Below, one piece after another: positions 35,392 to 46,050 of a DNA stretch of 64,000 nt (its first letter is position 1; each line of letters opens with the position of its first letter). Position numbers and translations under genes: made by a program. The stretch spans positions 51,583 to 115,582 of the forward strand of contig DATJTF010000018.1 in assembly GCA_035503815.1 (NCBI GenBank). Reading direction: 5' to 3'. This DNA comes from Verrucomicrobiia bacterium. Its GTDB lineage: Bacteria > Acidobacteriota > Terriglobia > Acidiferrales > UBA7541. A model generated the notes under the pieces. That model did not search any database. It was not told the DNA's origin and saw nothing but the letters and a program-made list of their open reading frames with translations.

Positions 35392-36471
35392 ATGCCTCTC
35401 GAAGTGCAGTTCCAAAAAAAGCTGCGCGACTTCGCTCTGGACGTTTCTTTTCAAGCCGGTGATGAACCGCTGGCCGTCCTCGGTCCCTCGGGCTCGGGGA
35501 AGACGATGCTTTTGCGCACCATTGCCGGCCTGGAGAATCCGGACAGTGGAACCATTTCTCTGAACGATCGAATCGTTTTCGACGACGCCCGCCGCATCCA
35601 CGTCCCTGCCCGCGAGCGGCGTGTTGGAATGCTCTTTCAGAACTACGCACTTTTCCCGCACCGGACGGCGGCCGAGAACATCGGCTTCGGATTACACGGT
35701 CTCACACCTTCGGAACGGCAAGTGCGTGTATCGGAAGCTGCCGGGAGAGTGCATGTGTCCGGGCTGGAAGCAAGGTTCCCGCGCGAATTATCGGGTGGCG
35801 AACAGCAACGCGTGGCGCTGGCTCGCGCGCTCGTGATTGAACCGGAAGCACTGCTGCTCGATGAAGCGCTCGCCGCGCTCGATACTCATTTGCGCAACCA
35901 GGTGGAGCAGCAGCTTCAGGAAACTCTCGGCTCGTTCCGCCGACCGGCCTTGCTCGTGACTCACAACATCGAGGAGGCTTACCGGCTGGGACGCAAGCTC
36001 CTCGTCCTGGTTCGCGGACGAATCGCCGCCTCCGGAGAAATCGGCGAGGTTTTCAAGCGCCCGCCCAGCGTAGAAGTCGCGCGCTTGACCGGCTGCAAGA
36101 ACTTTTCGGCCGCTCGCGCCACTTCAGACTATTCTGTCGACGCTATTGACTGGAACTGCCGGCTGCGCGTGCCGAAAATCTCCGGAGACCCTCCCAGCCA
36201 TTTAGGGATCCGCGCCCATCACATCGATTTTGTCGAGGCGGGCGGCAACGGTGCGGAAAGCGAAAATGTGTTTCCGTGCTGGGTCGTCCGCTCTTCGGAG
36301 ACCCCATTTCGCATCACTCTCTTCCTTCGCTTGCATTCAGACTCTTCCGGCGGAGGAGGCCCTCATCTCCAAGCCGAAGTGTTCAAGGAAAAATGGGATC
36401 GCTTCCGGCACCGTCCCTTTCCGTGGCACGTTCGGCTGTCGCCGGAATCGCTCCTGCTGTTTCCCGAATAG
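35392..36471 (+). CDS. modC: molybdenum import ATP-binding protein
   Basis: ATG 35392 is 1 nt after the modB stop. Walker A GPSGSGKT, signature LSGGEQQRVALARAL, Walker B LLLDEA, and a C-terminal TOBE-like domain. The track ORF start at 35254 is inside modB. Confidence 0.9.
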   Translation: MPLEVQFQKKLRDFALDVSFQAGDEPLAVLGPSGSGKTMLLRTIAGLENPDSGTISLNDRIVFDDARRIHVPARERRVGMLFQNYALFPHRTAAENIGFGLHGLTPSERQVRVSEAAGRVHVSGLEARFPRELSGGEQQRVALARALVIEPEALLLDEALAALDTHLRNQVEQQLQETLGSFRRPALLVTHNIEEAYRLGRKLLVLVRGRIAASGEIGEVFKRPPSVEVARLTGCKNFSAARATSDYSVDAIDWNCRLRVPKISGDPPSHLGIRAHHIDFVEAGGNGAESENVFPCWVVRSSETPFRITLFLRLHSDSSGGGGPHLQAEVFKEKWDRFRHRPFPWHVRLSPESLLLFPE

Positions 36472-36501
36472 AGCCCAGGATTTTCACGGCCAGGTGGAGG
36501 C

Positions 36502-39500
36502 CTATTTCAGATGGCGGACAAATACGACATCGAAGCCGTACGTTCCGTTAATGTCCCGCACGAATTCAACGGAGAGGTCACGCCGGATCGAATACTCAAC
36601 TTGAATGAACTGGTACTGGCTCGAGCTGGTGTTCGACGAATAGGTTACCGTCATGTCGTGCGTCACTTGTTGTTGGATGGTGACTCGCGCGGCGGCGTTC
36701 GACTCCGTCGCCGTCCCGGCCAGGAACGGATCCACTCGAAAATGCGTGATGCCGAACAGCCGCTCGATCCGCCCGCCGAGCCCGCTCGAAATCGCCTCGG
36801 ATAGAAGAGCCGTCGCGCCGTAGTTTTGCGACCCAGAGGTTTGCGATCGGAATGCGCTCTCTTCCCCCGTGCTGCCGATGGCCAGCAGAGCGATGATATC
36901 GGAATCGGGCAAAGGCGGGTCGGAACGGTAGCTCAAGGTGAGGCGGCTGGCGCGTCCGGAAAAGTTGATGGTCACCTGATATTGGCTGATATTGGTTGTC
37001 GCCTCTATGTTGAGTTCCGGGTCGATTCGAAATGGATTGGCGAAGTTGATGTCCCCGCGGGTCAACTGATACGTATTTCCGCGAAAACTCATCTGCCCGC
37101 CCAGCAGATGGATATGCCCCAGAATAATGGGCTGATCCCAATTGCCGCGCATTCGGACATCGCCGTCAATATCCACGTGAGCGCCGGCCCATTCGATTCG
37201 CGCCCCTGGGCTGGTGTGCCCGACGACGTCGAATGTCAGGTTGCGAAGGAAGGGAGAAGTAGACGACGCCGGCGAGCTGAAAGAAGTGTTTTGAAAGAAG
37301 GAAGCAAGGTCCAGGTCACCTCCGAGCAGTACGCGCTTTACTTCCACCTGCCCGCTCAAGATTGAGGCTTCGCTCGTGCCGGCGAGTTGTAATTTGCCTC
37401 CCACCAGCCAGCTCATTCCCACGGGATATCGAATCCGGACCTGGGAAGTAACGACGTTTACTTCGTAACGCACCGGCCCGTCTCCATAAGTTACGCTTCC
37501 AAACAGAGTCAAGTCGCCACCGCCCGCCTGCGCCGTGATCCGATCGAAGAGCAGGCGGCTCCGGTCGAACACCAGGTTGCCTTTCACGTGGCTCAGCCCC
37601 ACGGGAAAATCAGCGTAGTTGGCGGAGGCGTCCTGCACCGCAGCGGTCCCCGTAATCCGCGGATTCGAAACAGTTCCCTCGATCGAAACGTTCACCGTCA
37701 TTTCGCCCTGGGCGTTGAGGTCCGGCAAGAAACCTTTCACGAATCGGAGGTTGACTCCTCCAGCGACCGTGAAATGGAGCGGACGGTCCTCGTCGAATCG
37801 CGCCGAACCGCTGACGCGCACATCCGTATTTGGCCCGTGCAAATGCGCCTGTTCAATGCGGACTTCATTCTTCCTGTAAACCAGCGAAACTGGGCCGTCG
37901 TTTTCAATGTGAACCAGCTGGTAGTTGAATTCGATGCTGGAAATCGCTGCGGTGATTTGAATCGTCGCAGGACGCAGCAGCTCCCCCGTCAGGGAGAACT
38001 CTCCCGTCACGCTGCTGTGTCCCGTCACCTGTTTCAGGTGCAGGGCGGCCATAATCGCGGTATCCATATTGATTTGTTCGGCGGATAAATGGCCTTGAAC
38101 GGGGAGGCCGTCCAACAACTGGACGTCCATTGCCGCGTCCAGCTTTCCGTTGTTCATCTCCGAATCCATCGTGAGGTGAGCCAGATGGCCGTCCGAAGCC
38201 AAGTGGCCGTGAAAGTTTCCCTGCACATCGGCCCCGATTTTCAGGTCCATAACGTGGAAATCACCCTCCGCCACGGGCGCAAGGAGAGGGCCGCTGCCTT
38301 GCAGACGAAAACCGATCGTGCCGGAGAATGGAAAGTTTGGATTCTGAAGCGCGTGAAAATTTTCCAGCTCGATCCCCTTGCCTGAAATGTCGAACTTCAC
38401 GTCCCGCTCAATAGGCCGATACAGCAAATCCCCTTTCGCGTGAGCGTCGCCCTGCGTCAACTCGGCGCCGGTCAGGCTCCATTCGTCGTGCGCCAGGTGA
38501 AGCGAGCCGCTGACTCGGTCGATACGCGAGCCGTGATAATCCAGCTGGTCGATTCCAAAAGAGGCGTCGACCACCGGAGCCTGCTTCGTCCCGCTTCCCC
38601 GAAAGGTTCCGGAAACGAGTCCGGAAATCGGGTAGTTCGTTCCGAACATGTTCTGGACGTCCTCGATGCGAGCTTCTTTCGTTTGCACGTCCATTTTCCA
38701 GGGGCTTGCAGCTACAAAGCCCCAGTCGCCGTCGAATTGGAGACTCAAATCCCCGGTGGCAGTCGTCTTTCCCCAGCGAACCGTCGTGTCCGTCAGGCTG
38801 AACGAATCGGGAGAATATTCAAGCGCGCCATTGATTTCCTCCCAGGCCAGTTTGTCGTAGCTTGCGTTTTGCGCCGCCAAATGTCCTGAGAAACTCGGGC
38901 CTTCAATTGGGCCCAGGATGCGCCCGCGCCACTGAATGTCGCCGGCGATACGGCTTGCCACCGAATCGGGCCCACGAATATCGTTTATGAAATCGTCCCA
39001 GTCACGCAGGTTGGCGGAATTCAAATCCACTTCGAGGGAGGAATCGCGCGCTCCGAGCGTCCCTGCGAATTCTATGGACGTGTTCGGAGTGCGAATTTCG
39101 CTCTGCGCCAGGACTACGTTTTTGCGATCGGCGAAATAGTCGTAAGTGATCTGCGCGCTCACGGGAATCATTCCCGGAGCCAGCGCGGCGGGAGGAGCCC
39201 ACTGCGACGTGCCGCGCGTGCGGAAGTCGTGAAAATTTTTCGTCCAGGTATTCACGGAATTCGCGCTCATCACCGCGTCCCAGTGCATGGTGTTGACCGG
39301 AAACCCGGGATTGTCCACGGCAGCCAAGGCCTCTCCCAAGCTCACGCCGCGCAGCGCCGTCTCCGTCCGAAATGCCATTGTCTGTGAGTCCATTTCCAGA
39401 CGCCCGCTGATCTGCCCGCCCAACGCGCGGATTTCCAGGTTGGGTACCCTCAGACGGTTGTCGGCAAATGTGTAATCTCCCCAAGTCCGCATATCGGTAG

Positions 39501-40449
39501 CATGAAACCACCGATCGTGCAGTCCGATGCCTTTCGCGTCGTAGTGCCCCCCAGCCGTCCAATTTCTGTCCGCAAGCTGCGCCTGGCCGGAGAATTCCAC
39601 GGTCCCGTCCGGCACTTTCGGCTCATGGAAAATCCGCCGAAGGTCCGCCAGGGCCAGTCTCCCGCGGTAATGGAAACTCCAATCGGGTTTCGAGAACGAG
39701 GGAAGCTCGGCGCGGAGATCAAGCTCCGTGCCCGGAAACCGGCAGACGAGGTCGTCGAGAGAGAACGACGAAGGGTATAAAGTAAATTTTGTCGAAAGGC
39801 TCATCAGGATCGGGGAATCGCGCCGCGCGGCCAGCTCCACTTGCTTCCATTGCAGGTTACCGAGGTATGCCGGAACGCCGCCCTCGCCCGACGCGGAGCG
39901 GAGTTGGAACTCAAGTTCGCTCCCGAGAATCGCCAACGGAATTTTACGGTTGTTGAACCAGACGCTTCCGTTGGTCATCTCGAAGCGCCCCACGTGAAGA
40001 TCGAATAGCGTCTCGTTCCAAGGCCGCGTGCCGGATTTGATTTGGGGATGAGGAAGATTGGAGCGGCCCTGGGCATCCACGCGAATGGCAACCTCGGGTT
40101 GATCCACAAGAAGTTCGTTGAGAGCGACCTTCCTGTGGAATAACGAAAGAATTTGAATTGCGACCAGGATTCGCTTCACGTGCAGAAGCGGAGCAACGCC
40201 CGGACCCTCGAGGCCGTGCAGCGTCAGATCATCCAATTCGCAGCGCATCCTCCAAACATGCAGATGAAAACCGCCAAGCTCGACTTGCGCTCCCGTTCTC
40301 AATTCCAACTGCTGCACCAGCTTCTTCCGCGCCCAGCGCTGCACGATTCCGGTCTGCACCAGAGTCGCCACACCCGCCGCGGCCAGAATGCACACAACCA
40401 GGCTCAGGTAGATGCATCGCTTCGCCCAGCGGAGCCAGCGGACGCTCAT
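36502..40449 (-). CDS. tamB: translocation and assembly module protein TamB (DUF490 family)
   Basis: 1315 aa. N-terminal anchor IYLSLVVCILAAAGVATLV, a very long beta-rich body, and a DUF490-like C-terminus. ATG 40449 overlaps the upstream stop (ATGA). Confidence 0.82.
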   Translation of the reverse strand: MSVRWLRWAKRCIYLSLVVCILAAAGVATLVQTGIVQRWARKKLVQQLELRTGAQVELGGFHLHVWRMRCELDDLTLHGLEGPGVAPLLHVKRILVAIQILSLFHRKVALNELLVDQPEVAIRVDAQGRSNLPHPQIKSGTRPWNETLFDLHVGRFEMTNGSVWFNNRKIPLAILGSELEFQLRSASGEGGVPAYLGNLQWKQVELAARRDSPILMSLSTKFTLYPSSFSLDDLVCRFPGTELDLRAELPSFSKPDWSFHYRGRLALADLRRIFHEPKVPDGTVEFSGQAQLADRNWTAGGHYDAKGIGLHDRWFHATDMRTWGDYTFADNRLRVPNLEIRALGGQISGRLEMDSQTMAFRTETALRGVSLGEALAAVDNPGFPVNTMHWDAVMSANSVNTWTKNFHDFRTRGTSQWAPPAALAPGMIPVSAQITYDYFADRKNVVLAQSEIRTPNTSIEFAGTLGARDSSLEVDLNSANLRDWDDFINDIRGPDSVASRIAGDIQWRGRILGPIEGPSFSGHLAAQNASYDKLAWEEINGALEYSPDSFSLTDTTVRWGKTTATGDLSLQFDGDWGFVAASPWKMDVQTKEARIEDVQNMFGTNYPISGLVSGTFRGSGTKQAPVVDASFGIDQLDYHGSRIDRVSGSLHLAHDEWSLTGAELTQGDAHAKGDLLYRPIERDVKFDISGKGIELENFHALQNPNFPFSGTIGFRLQGSGPLLAPVAEGDFHVMDLKIGADVQGNFHGHLASDGHLAHLTMDSEMNNGKLDAAMDVQLLDGLPVQGHLSAEQINMDTAIMAALHLKQVTGHSSVTGEFSLTGELLRPATIQITAAISSIEFNYQLVHIENDGPVSLVYRKNEVRIEQAHLHGPNTDVRVSGSARFDEDRPLHFTVAGGVNLRFVKGFLPDLNAQGEMTVNVSIEGTVSNPRITGTAAVQDASANYADFPVGLSHVKGNLVFDRSRLLFDRITAQAGGGDLTLFGSVTYGDGPVRYEVNVVTSQVRIRYPVGMSWLVGGKLQLAGTSEASILSGQVEVKRVLLGGDLDLASFFQNTSFSSPASSTSPFLRNLTFDVVGHTSPGARIEWAGAHVDIDGDVRMRGNWDQPIILGHIHLLGGQMSFRGNTYQLTRGDINFANPFRIDPELNIEATTNISQYQVTINFSGRASRLTLSYRSDPPLPDSDIIALLAIGSTGEESAFRSQTSGSQNYGATALLSEAISSGLGGRIERLFGITHFRVDPFLAGTATESNAAARVTIQQQVTHDMTVTYSSNTSSSQYQFIQVEYSIRRDLSVEFVRDINGTYGFDVVFVRHLK

Positions 40450-41144
40450 TCTCCGCTCCCTCCGCCGGGGATTTCGATCCGCAGTTGCTCGCGCGTTTCA
40501 TCCAGCCACTTATCTGCATGCTCGGTAATGGAACGCTGCACCAGCACTTCGTGAATCTTGTCCTGGACGGCATCCAGCGGGGGGACCGCCAATCCTTTGG
40601 CTTTCATCGCCGGCGCAAACTCATCGTGATAATAGGCGGCCACCTGCACGTCATCCACTTGCGCCGCCGGACGAAACCGGTAGTCGAGGAACCGTGAGAA
40701 GTAAAGCTGGTCGGCCAGCAGGCGGCGCACGTCTTTTTCGGTCAATCCGACGGACTGCAGCTGTTTTTGAAAATCTTCCTCGCTGCCAAATTGTTTCACG
40801 AAAGCCGCATATTCCCGGTCCACATCCGCAGTCGAAGGAGGCGCGAAGTTGGTCGTTTTCGCTTCGCCGCGAATGATCCATTGATCTTCGAGTTCTTTTA
40901 GAATTTCCGCTCGGGGCTCCGGCTTTCCGTCCACCAGTTGCTGGAATTTCCCGAGCTCCCGCACCTGGCTTTCCATGATGATGTCGTCTTCGATCCTCAC
41001 GGCTATGCCGTCCACTTGCTGGCCCGATTCGCTGCGGGCCAAGGCAGCCGTCCGCACTCCCGCGACCAGTCGTGGAGTCGGCTGCGCGGCTCCCGCCGTC
41101 AGAATACAAATTGTCGCGGCAAGAATCGTCGAGATCGCCTTCAT
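40446..41144 (-). CDS. periplasmic chaperone-like protein, SurA N-terminal domain type (no PPIase domain)
   Basis: ATG 41144 overlaps the bamA stop by 1 nt. MKAISTILAATICILTAGAA signal; VDGIAVRIEDDIIMESQVREL is the SurA_N signature-like start. 232 aa. Confidence 0.7.
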   Translation of the reverse strand: MKAISTILAATICILTAGAAQPTPRLVAGVRTAALARSESGQQVDGIAVRIEDDIIMESQVRELGKFQQLVDGKPEPRAEILKELEDQWIIRGEAKTTNFAPPSTADVDREYAAFVKQFGSEEDFQKQLQSVGLTEKDVRRLLADQLYFSRFLDYRFRPAAQVDDVQVAAYYHDEFAPAMKAKGLAVPPLDAVQDKIHEVLVQRSITEHADKWLDETREQLRIEIPGGGSGE

Positions 41145-44100
41145 CAAAACACCGGCCCAATATTGAAGAAAAATTGAAATCGCGGCACGCGGAACACTTG
41201 CACAACCCCCGTCGTGTTGTTCGTCACCTGATAGAGCGGCGAATTCAGCTGGTACGCGAGATCCACGCGGACGGGTCCAATCGGAGTCGGGTACCTCACG
41301 CCGAATCCTACCGCGTGAGACAGGTAGCTTAGATCCGTCATCGAGGGAGGTTTCCATGCGAAGGTGATGTGATTTACATCCTTGTAAACGTTCCCCATGT
41401 CGTAAAAAACCTGGCCGCCCAGCTTGTTGCCTATAAACGGCAATTTCATCGGAAATCGCAGCTCTTGGTTGAAGATCAGCAGCGCCAAACCGCCGATGGG
41501 AAATCCCGTGCACGGGTCGCGCGGGCCCGCTTGATTCAACCCGAACGATCGCAGCGAAGTTCCTCCGCCTGCGAAAAACCGTTCCGGCAAGGGAATCACG
41601 GATTCGTCGGAAGTCGGCGCCCCCGACGTGCACTCGGTGGGAATTCCCGCCGATGTGTTCCCAAGCGGCTCCTCGAATCCGAATCGGACGGACCGGGCGA
41701 AGTCGAATGCTCTTCCGAAGGGATGGAAGGACGAATTCTGGAAATACGCCCGGAAAAAACTCGCGCTGGATCCAAGCGATTCGATCGCGTCACTCAAGTC
41801 CACGGTGTTGAACGTCCCTCGCGTCGCGTCAGCCGGGTTGTCCCGCCGGTCGACGGCAAATGTGATTCCGAAACCCGAGACCAGGGTAGGCTGGCTCAAC
41901 AGAGGGATCTGTTCGGGGTCGATCGTCTGGTTCAAGTTAGACGCCTCGACCCGCCTGTAAAAATACCGGTAGAGCAGCGAACTTCCGTGCGTAAGCGTCT
42001 GCACCAGTTGGAACGCGCCTTCGTACCGCGTCGATGTGAATGTCTGAATGTCCTGCGATTTTTCAGCGAAGCCGGTGAGCTGCAAGCTCAGGTTCGGGTT
42101 GTTCAGGAAATTGTCGGCGGAATATGTCAGCGCCGACCGGTATTGCAGCGTGCTCGCGCGGACCTTGAACGACAACGTCTGCGCCCTGCCGAACATATTG
42201 GACCGCGCAATCTCAAAAATCCCCCGGGGGCTGGCGGCCAGAACCGTGGCGTTTGGATTGCACGGGGTTGTCGAAGAGGAAGTCGACGAGGACGAACAAC
42301 TGGCCCCGATCCGCTGTACCTCGAATCCGAAGCCGTATCCGATTGTGTATCGCCTGCCCTCGGTGACGTCGACCACCACTGCCTTTTCCGGATCCGTGCC
42401 CGCCGGATTTTGAGGCGCGATCTGCACGCGCGTGAACACACCGAGGTTGTAAAGCTTGCGTTGCGTTTCCACCACGTCGCCTTCCCGCAGTGGTCCTTCC
42501 GCCTTGATTTGCACTTGCCGCCGGATAATTCCGGGCCGCGTGTATTGGTAGCCGGTCAGCAGAACGCTCGACACCAGCACCTGCGGCCCCTCCGAAATGT
42601 GAAATGTCAGATCCACGGTTCGCGGAGCCGCCCCGGGCTTGGCCTCTTCCTGAAAACTCGCGTTGGGAAATCCCTCATTGAAATACATCGCCAGAATGTT
42701 GTTTCGGTCGCTGGCTACGCTGGCCTCCGAATACGGCTGGCCCTTCAGCGAACCCACCACGGTCAGAAGCCTCTCGGTGCTCAGCGCGTGGTTGCCCTCG
42801 ATGCGAATCGAACCCACCAACGTTTGAGTTCCCTCGACAATATGGAACGATACGAATAGGTTTCCCTTCTTTCCCTCGTAGCTGTCGTCCACCTTCGATG
42901 TAACCTGCGCGTCGTGAAACCCGTTCGCCATGTACAGCGCCCGAATCGAGTCTGTATCGTCCCGCACCATTTGCTGGCTGAACCGGCCGTTGAAAGCAAA
43001 TGATGCCGGCTGAAGCGCCAGCCGGCTCTTCAAAAGCTCCGTGCTGAAATACTGATTCCCGGATATGGATACTCCCGCCAGCCGCGATTTTTCCCCTCGA
43101 TTGATCTGGTAGACAATCACCCGCTCTTTCGTTTGTGGGTCGTCGTGAGACGACACCTCGTCGTCCGCGTCGAAATACCCTTCCCGTTGCAGGAAATCGC
43201 GGATGTTTCTCCGCCCTTCCTGCAGAAGGTCTTCGTCCACCGCGCCTTCCGCGTAAATCGGCAGCAGTTTTTGCAGCTGCGATTTCTTCAACTTCACTCC
43301 GGTGATTTCCACGCGCACTCGGGGTCCGGCCGTCACGTCGAGCGTCAGCCCTACTCGGTTGCTCGCCATATCATAGGTGCCGCGCATGAACCCCACCGCC
43401 GCGCCGAGATAACCTTGATCGACCAGGTATTTCTTTAGAAGTTGGGAAGCGCGGGAAACGCGGGAGGACGTCGCTTCGGTCTTCGGTTTGAGTTTCAATC
43501 GCTTCAAGAGCTGTGCGTCGCTGTACGATGTTTCGTTATGGATGTGTATCTGGCCGATGAGCGCCCGCGGCCCCGGAGTCACCGTAATCATCACGTCCAT
43601 TTGCCGCGTTTCCGGGTGGGCCTCAGTCCTCGAATCCACTTGCGCTTCATACAATCCTTCGGACGCCAGCAAATCCTTCAGCCGGGCCACCGCGTCGCGA
43701 ACGTCGCTTTCGCGGTACGGCTCACCCAGGTTGAGGCGCATTGCCGCCAGTGCCGCGCCTTCGTTTGGCGGCTCCTTCAACCCTTCGACGCGCACGACGT
43801 TGTTGTAAAAATCACGGCGAACCACGAAATCCACCCGCACTCCGCCGTCTTCCGCAATGGCCTCGACGCGTATATCCGCGTAATCGCCCGTCTGGTACAG
43901 AATGCGCAGGCTCTCTCGCTCGCTTTCAAAATCGAACGGATCGCCCGGCTTCAAGGGCAAGGGCGGCGCCTTTCTCGGCGCCGGCTGCCCCGACTCTTCC
44001 GTCACACTCACCTGCGTCACCGTCTTTCCTTCCCACTGTGTCTCCTGCGCTTTGGCGGGTCTCCCCCATATGAACAGCAAAAGAATTGCGAGGAAGGTCC

Positions 44101-44194
44101 ATCGGAGCGCAGCCCCTGTAGCCGGGGCATCGCTAAAAAGCGGCTTATTTCGCGGAATTCTCATTCGCCTGAAGATGAGAGGAGAGGTTAGCAC
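41144..44194 (-). CDS. bamA: outer membrane protein assembly factor BamA (Omp85, multiple POTRA domains)
   Basis: 1016 aa. Signal, repeated POTRA-like units, and a C-terminal Omp85 barrel ending ..FFFNIGPVF. Confidence 0.9.
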   Translation of the reverse strand: MLTSPLIFRRMRIPRNKPLFSDAPATGAALRWTFLAILLLFIWGRPAKAQETQWEGKTVTQVSVTEESGQPAPRKAPPLPLKPGDPFDFESERESLRILYQTGDYADIRVEAIAEDGGVRVDFVVRRDFYNNVVRVEGLKEPPNEGAALAAMRLNLGEPYRESDVRDAVARLKDLLASEGLYEAQVDSRTEAHPETRQMDVMITVTPGPRALIGQIHIHNETSYSDAQLLKRLKLKPKTEATSSRVSRASQLLKKYLVDQGYLGAAVGFMRGTYDMASNRVGLTLDVTAGPRVRVEITGVKLKKSQLQKLLPIYAEGAVDEDLLQEGRRNIRDFLQREGYFDADDEVSSHDDPQTKERVIVYQINRGEKSRLAGVSISGNQYFSTELLKSRLALQPASFAFNGRFSQQMVRDDTDSIRALYMANGFHDAQVTSKVDDSYEGKKGNLFVSFHIVEGTQTLVGSIRIEGNHALSTERLLTVVGSLKGQPYSEASVASDRNNILAMYFNEGFPNASFQEEAKPGAAPRTVDLTFHISEGPQVLVSSVLLTGYQYTRPGIIRRQVQIKAEGPLREGDVVETQRKLYNLGVFTRVQIAPQNPAGTDPEKAVVVDVTEGRRYTIGYGFGFEVQRIGASCSSSSTSSSTTPCNPNATVLAASPRGIFEIARSNMFGRAQTLSFKVRASTLQYRSALTYSADNFLNNPNLSLQLTGFAEKSQDIQTFTSTRYEGAFQLVQTLTHGSSLLYRYFYRRVEASNLNQTIDPEQIPLLSQPTLVSGFGITFAVDRRDNPADATRGTFNTVDLSDAIESLGSSASFFRAYFQNSSFHPFGRAFDFARSVRFGFEEPLGNTSAGIPTECTSGAPTSDESVIPLPERFFAGGGTSLRSFGLNQAGPRDPCTGFPIGGLALLIFNQELRFPMKLPFIGNKLGGQVFYDMGNVYKDVNHITFAWKPPSMTDLSYLSHAVGFGVRYPTPIGPVRVDLAYQLNSPLYQVTNNTTGVVQVFRVPRFQFFFNIGPVF

Positions 44195-44256
44195 AGCCGC
44201 GTTGCCTGCCGGCCCCGAAATGGCGCTATCATGAAGTATCAGTAAGGAAACACGGC

Positions 44257-45294
44257 TTGGACGCGCAAAATACCCAACGCTATTCGCGCCAAATTCTCTT
44301 CGCGGGACTCGGTCAAGAGGGCCAAGAAAAGCTTCTCTCTTCGAGCGCCGTTGTCGTGGGCTGCGGCGCGCTCGGCAGCGTCGCTTCCAACCTACTGGTT
44401 CGCGCCGGGATTGGACGCTTGCGCATCATCGACCGCGATTTTGTCGAGCCTTCCAACCTGCAGCGGCAAACTCTGTTCGACGAATGCGACGCTCGAGAAG
44501 CTTTGCCGAAGGCAGTGGCCGCTGAGCGCCGCCTCCGCGCCATCAATTCCGGCGTCACCGTCGAAGGAGTGGTCGCCGACCTTTCGCCGAAAAACGCGCG
44601 CGAGCTTCTCCGCGATTTTCAAATTATTCTCGATGGCACCGATAATTTTGAGACGCGCCTCCTGGTCAACGATGTTTCCGTCGCCCTGAATGTCCCCTGG
44701 CTTTATGCCGCCGCTGTCGGAAGTTACGGAGTGAGCATGCCGGTCCACCCCGGCGTCACCCCCTGCCTCGCTTGCTTGCTCGAGGCCGGTGACTCTTCGG
44801 CTTCGATCGGCGCCGAAGAAACTTGCGACACGGCGGGGATCTTAAATTCCGCAGCGGGTGTCGTCGCATCGCTGCAGACTGCCGAAGCCATTAAGTTCCT
44901 CGCGGGAAAATCGGATCCCTCGGCTTCCCGCCTGCTTTCTTGCGACGTTTGGTCCGGACGTTTTCAATCCGTTCGCGTGGCGCGAAATTCAAATTGCCGC
45001 GCTTGCGCTCTTCGCCAGTGGATCTACCTCGAAGGACACACCCAGCCTCACATCACGATGTGCGGGCGCGATTCGGTGCAGATTCACGAGCACAACCGGA
45101 GGCTGGATCTGGGCACGCTCGGCCGCCGCCTCTCTTCGGCCTCAGTCTCCGCCGTTCGCGCCAATGAATTTCTTCTTCGCTTCCATGTTGAACCCTACGA
45201 AATGACCGTTTTCGCCGACGGCCGCGCCATCATCAAGGGCACGAAAGATCCCGCTGTCGCCCGCTCTCTTTACGCGCGCTACATTGGTTCTTAG
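44257..45294 (+). CDS. thiF: ThiF-type adenylyltransferase (Bacillus-type ThiF with C-terminal domain)
   Basis: TTG start. RYSRQILFAGLGQEGQEKL, VVVGCGALGS, DRDFVEPSNLQRQTLF, CxxC pairs (CLAC, CRAC), and a C-terminal ..FADGRAIIKGTKDPAVARSLYARYIG collinear with B. subtilis ThiF as remembered. Confidence 0.8.
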   Translation: MDAQNTQRYSRQILFAGLGQEGQEKLLSSSAVVVGCGALGSVASNLLVRAGIGRLRIIDRDFVEPSNLQRQTLFDECDAREALPKAVAAERRLRAINSGVTVEGVVADLSPKNARELLRDFQIILDGTDNFETRLLVNDVSVALNVPWLYAAAVGSYGVSMPVHPGVTPCLACLLEAGDSSASIGAEETCDTAGILNSAAGVVASLQTAEAIKFLAGKSDPSASRLLSCDVWSGRFQSVRVARNSNCRACALRQWIYLEGHTQPHITMCGRDSVQIHEHNRRLDLGTLGRRLSSASVSAVRANEFLLRFHVEPYEMTVFADGRAIIKGTKDPAVARSLYARYIGS

Positions 45295-45375
45295 AGGATC
45301 TTGGATGCAACGAAGCGGGGTTGAGTCCAAAGAAGAAGTGCATTCGGTGATGAGAATTTTTCCGGCAGCCGTTGG

Positions 45376-45753
45376 TTAACCGGCGAAGCGCCGGCTTGCA
45401 GCCTGCCTCATCGCGGCGCGGTCCAGATTTTCTCGCGTATTCATCAGCGTCAGCAGGGTGCTGAGTATGCGCGCCTTGATTTCATCGGTCATTGGAAACC
45501 CGCTGGTCGCCACGCGAATCAGCACTTCTCCGCGTTCCGCGATGCGCCGCATGAATTCCGTCTGCCGTTCATGCGTGTTGTTTCCCAGCGCCGACTCCCG
45601 GCGCATCTCCGCGCACTCTTGTTCGACAAACAGAGTGAAGTGCAAAATGCATAATCGCTCCGCCGCCAGCCCTGCGGGGACGTTCGCTTTGCACCCTTTT
45701 GCTCCGCACGCTTCCGCCACAGCCACACCCTCGCACCGTGTTTTTTGTAGCAT
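45376..45753 (-). CDS. hypothetical protein, Cys-rich N-terminus
   Basis: Only ORF in this interval. Start chosen at ATG 45753 (MLQKTRCEGVAVAEACGAKGCKANV..CILHF..). No family recognised. Confidence 0.4.
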   Translation of the reverse strand: MLQKTRCEGVAVAEACGAKGCKANVPAGLAAERLCILHFTLFVEQECAEMRRESALGNNTHERQTEFMRRIAERGEVLIRVATSGFPMTDEIKARILSTLLTLMNTRENLDRAAMRQAASRRFAG

Positions 45754-46050
45754 CTTCCCCGCTCGAATTCCACTGGCGCGCAAGCGCATGACGCCAATCT
45801 GCCAGCACCATACGCCCTTATAGTGGCGAATCCCCCTTCCCCGCGATGGCCCCAAAAGGGACGAAACCCTCACTCCTTATCGGCCTCGTGCGGTTTACAT
45901 CGGCAATTTCATTCCCGTCCTGTCTCTGCTTTCAGACCTTCGCTTGCATGTATCTTGAGCTGATGTTATCTAGAGAACCGTCGCCCAGCTGCTCTTTCCC
46001 GCCTATCCGGAGGAACTTCGCCTTTGCCGCACCTCACGCCTCACGACGTG

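Noticed and set aside
45376-45873. Full 165-aa version of the hypothetical ORF, and the 45846-46301 (+) ORF.
   Set aside because: The first 40 codons of the 165-aa form are Arg/Gly-rich with no RBS. The + ORF overlaps the antiporter start in another frame. Only the 125-aa core is retained, at low confidence.
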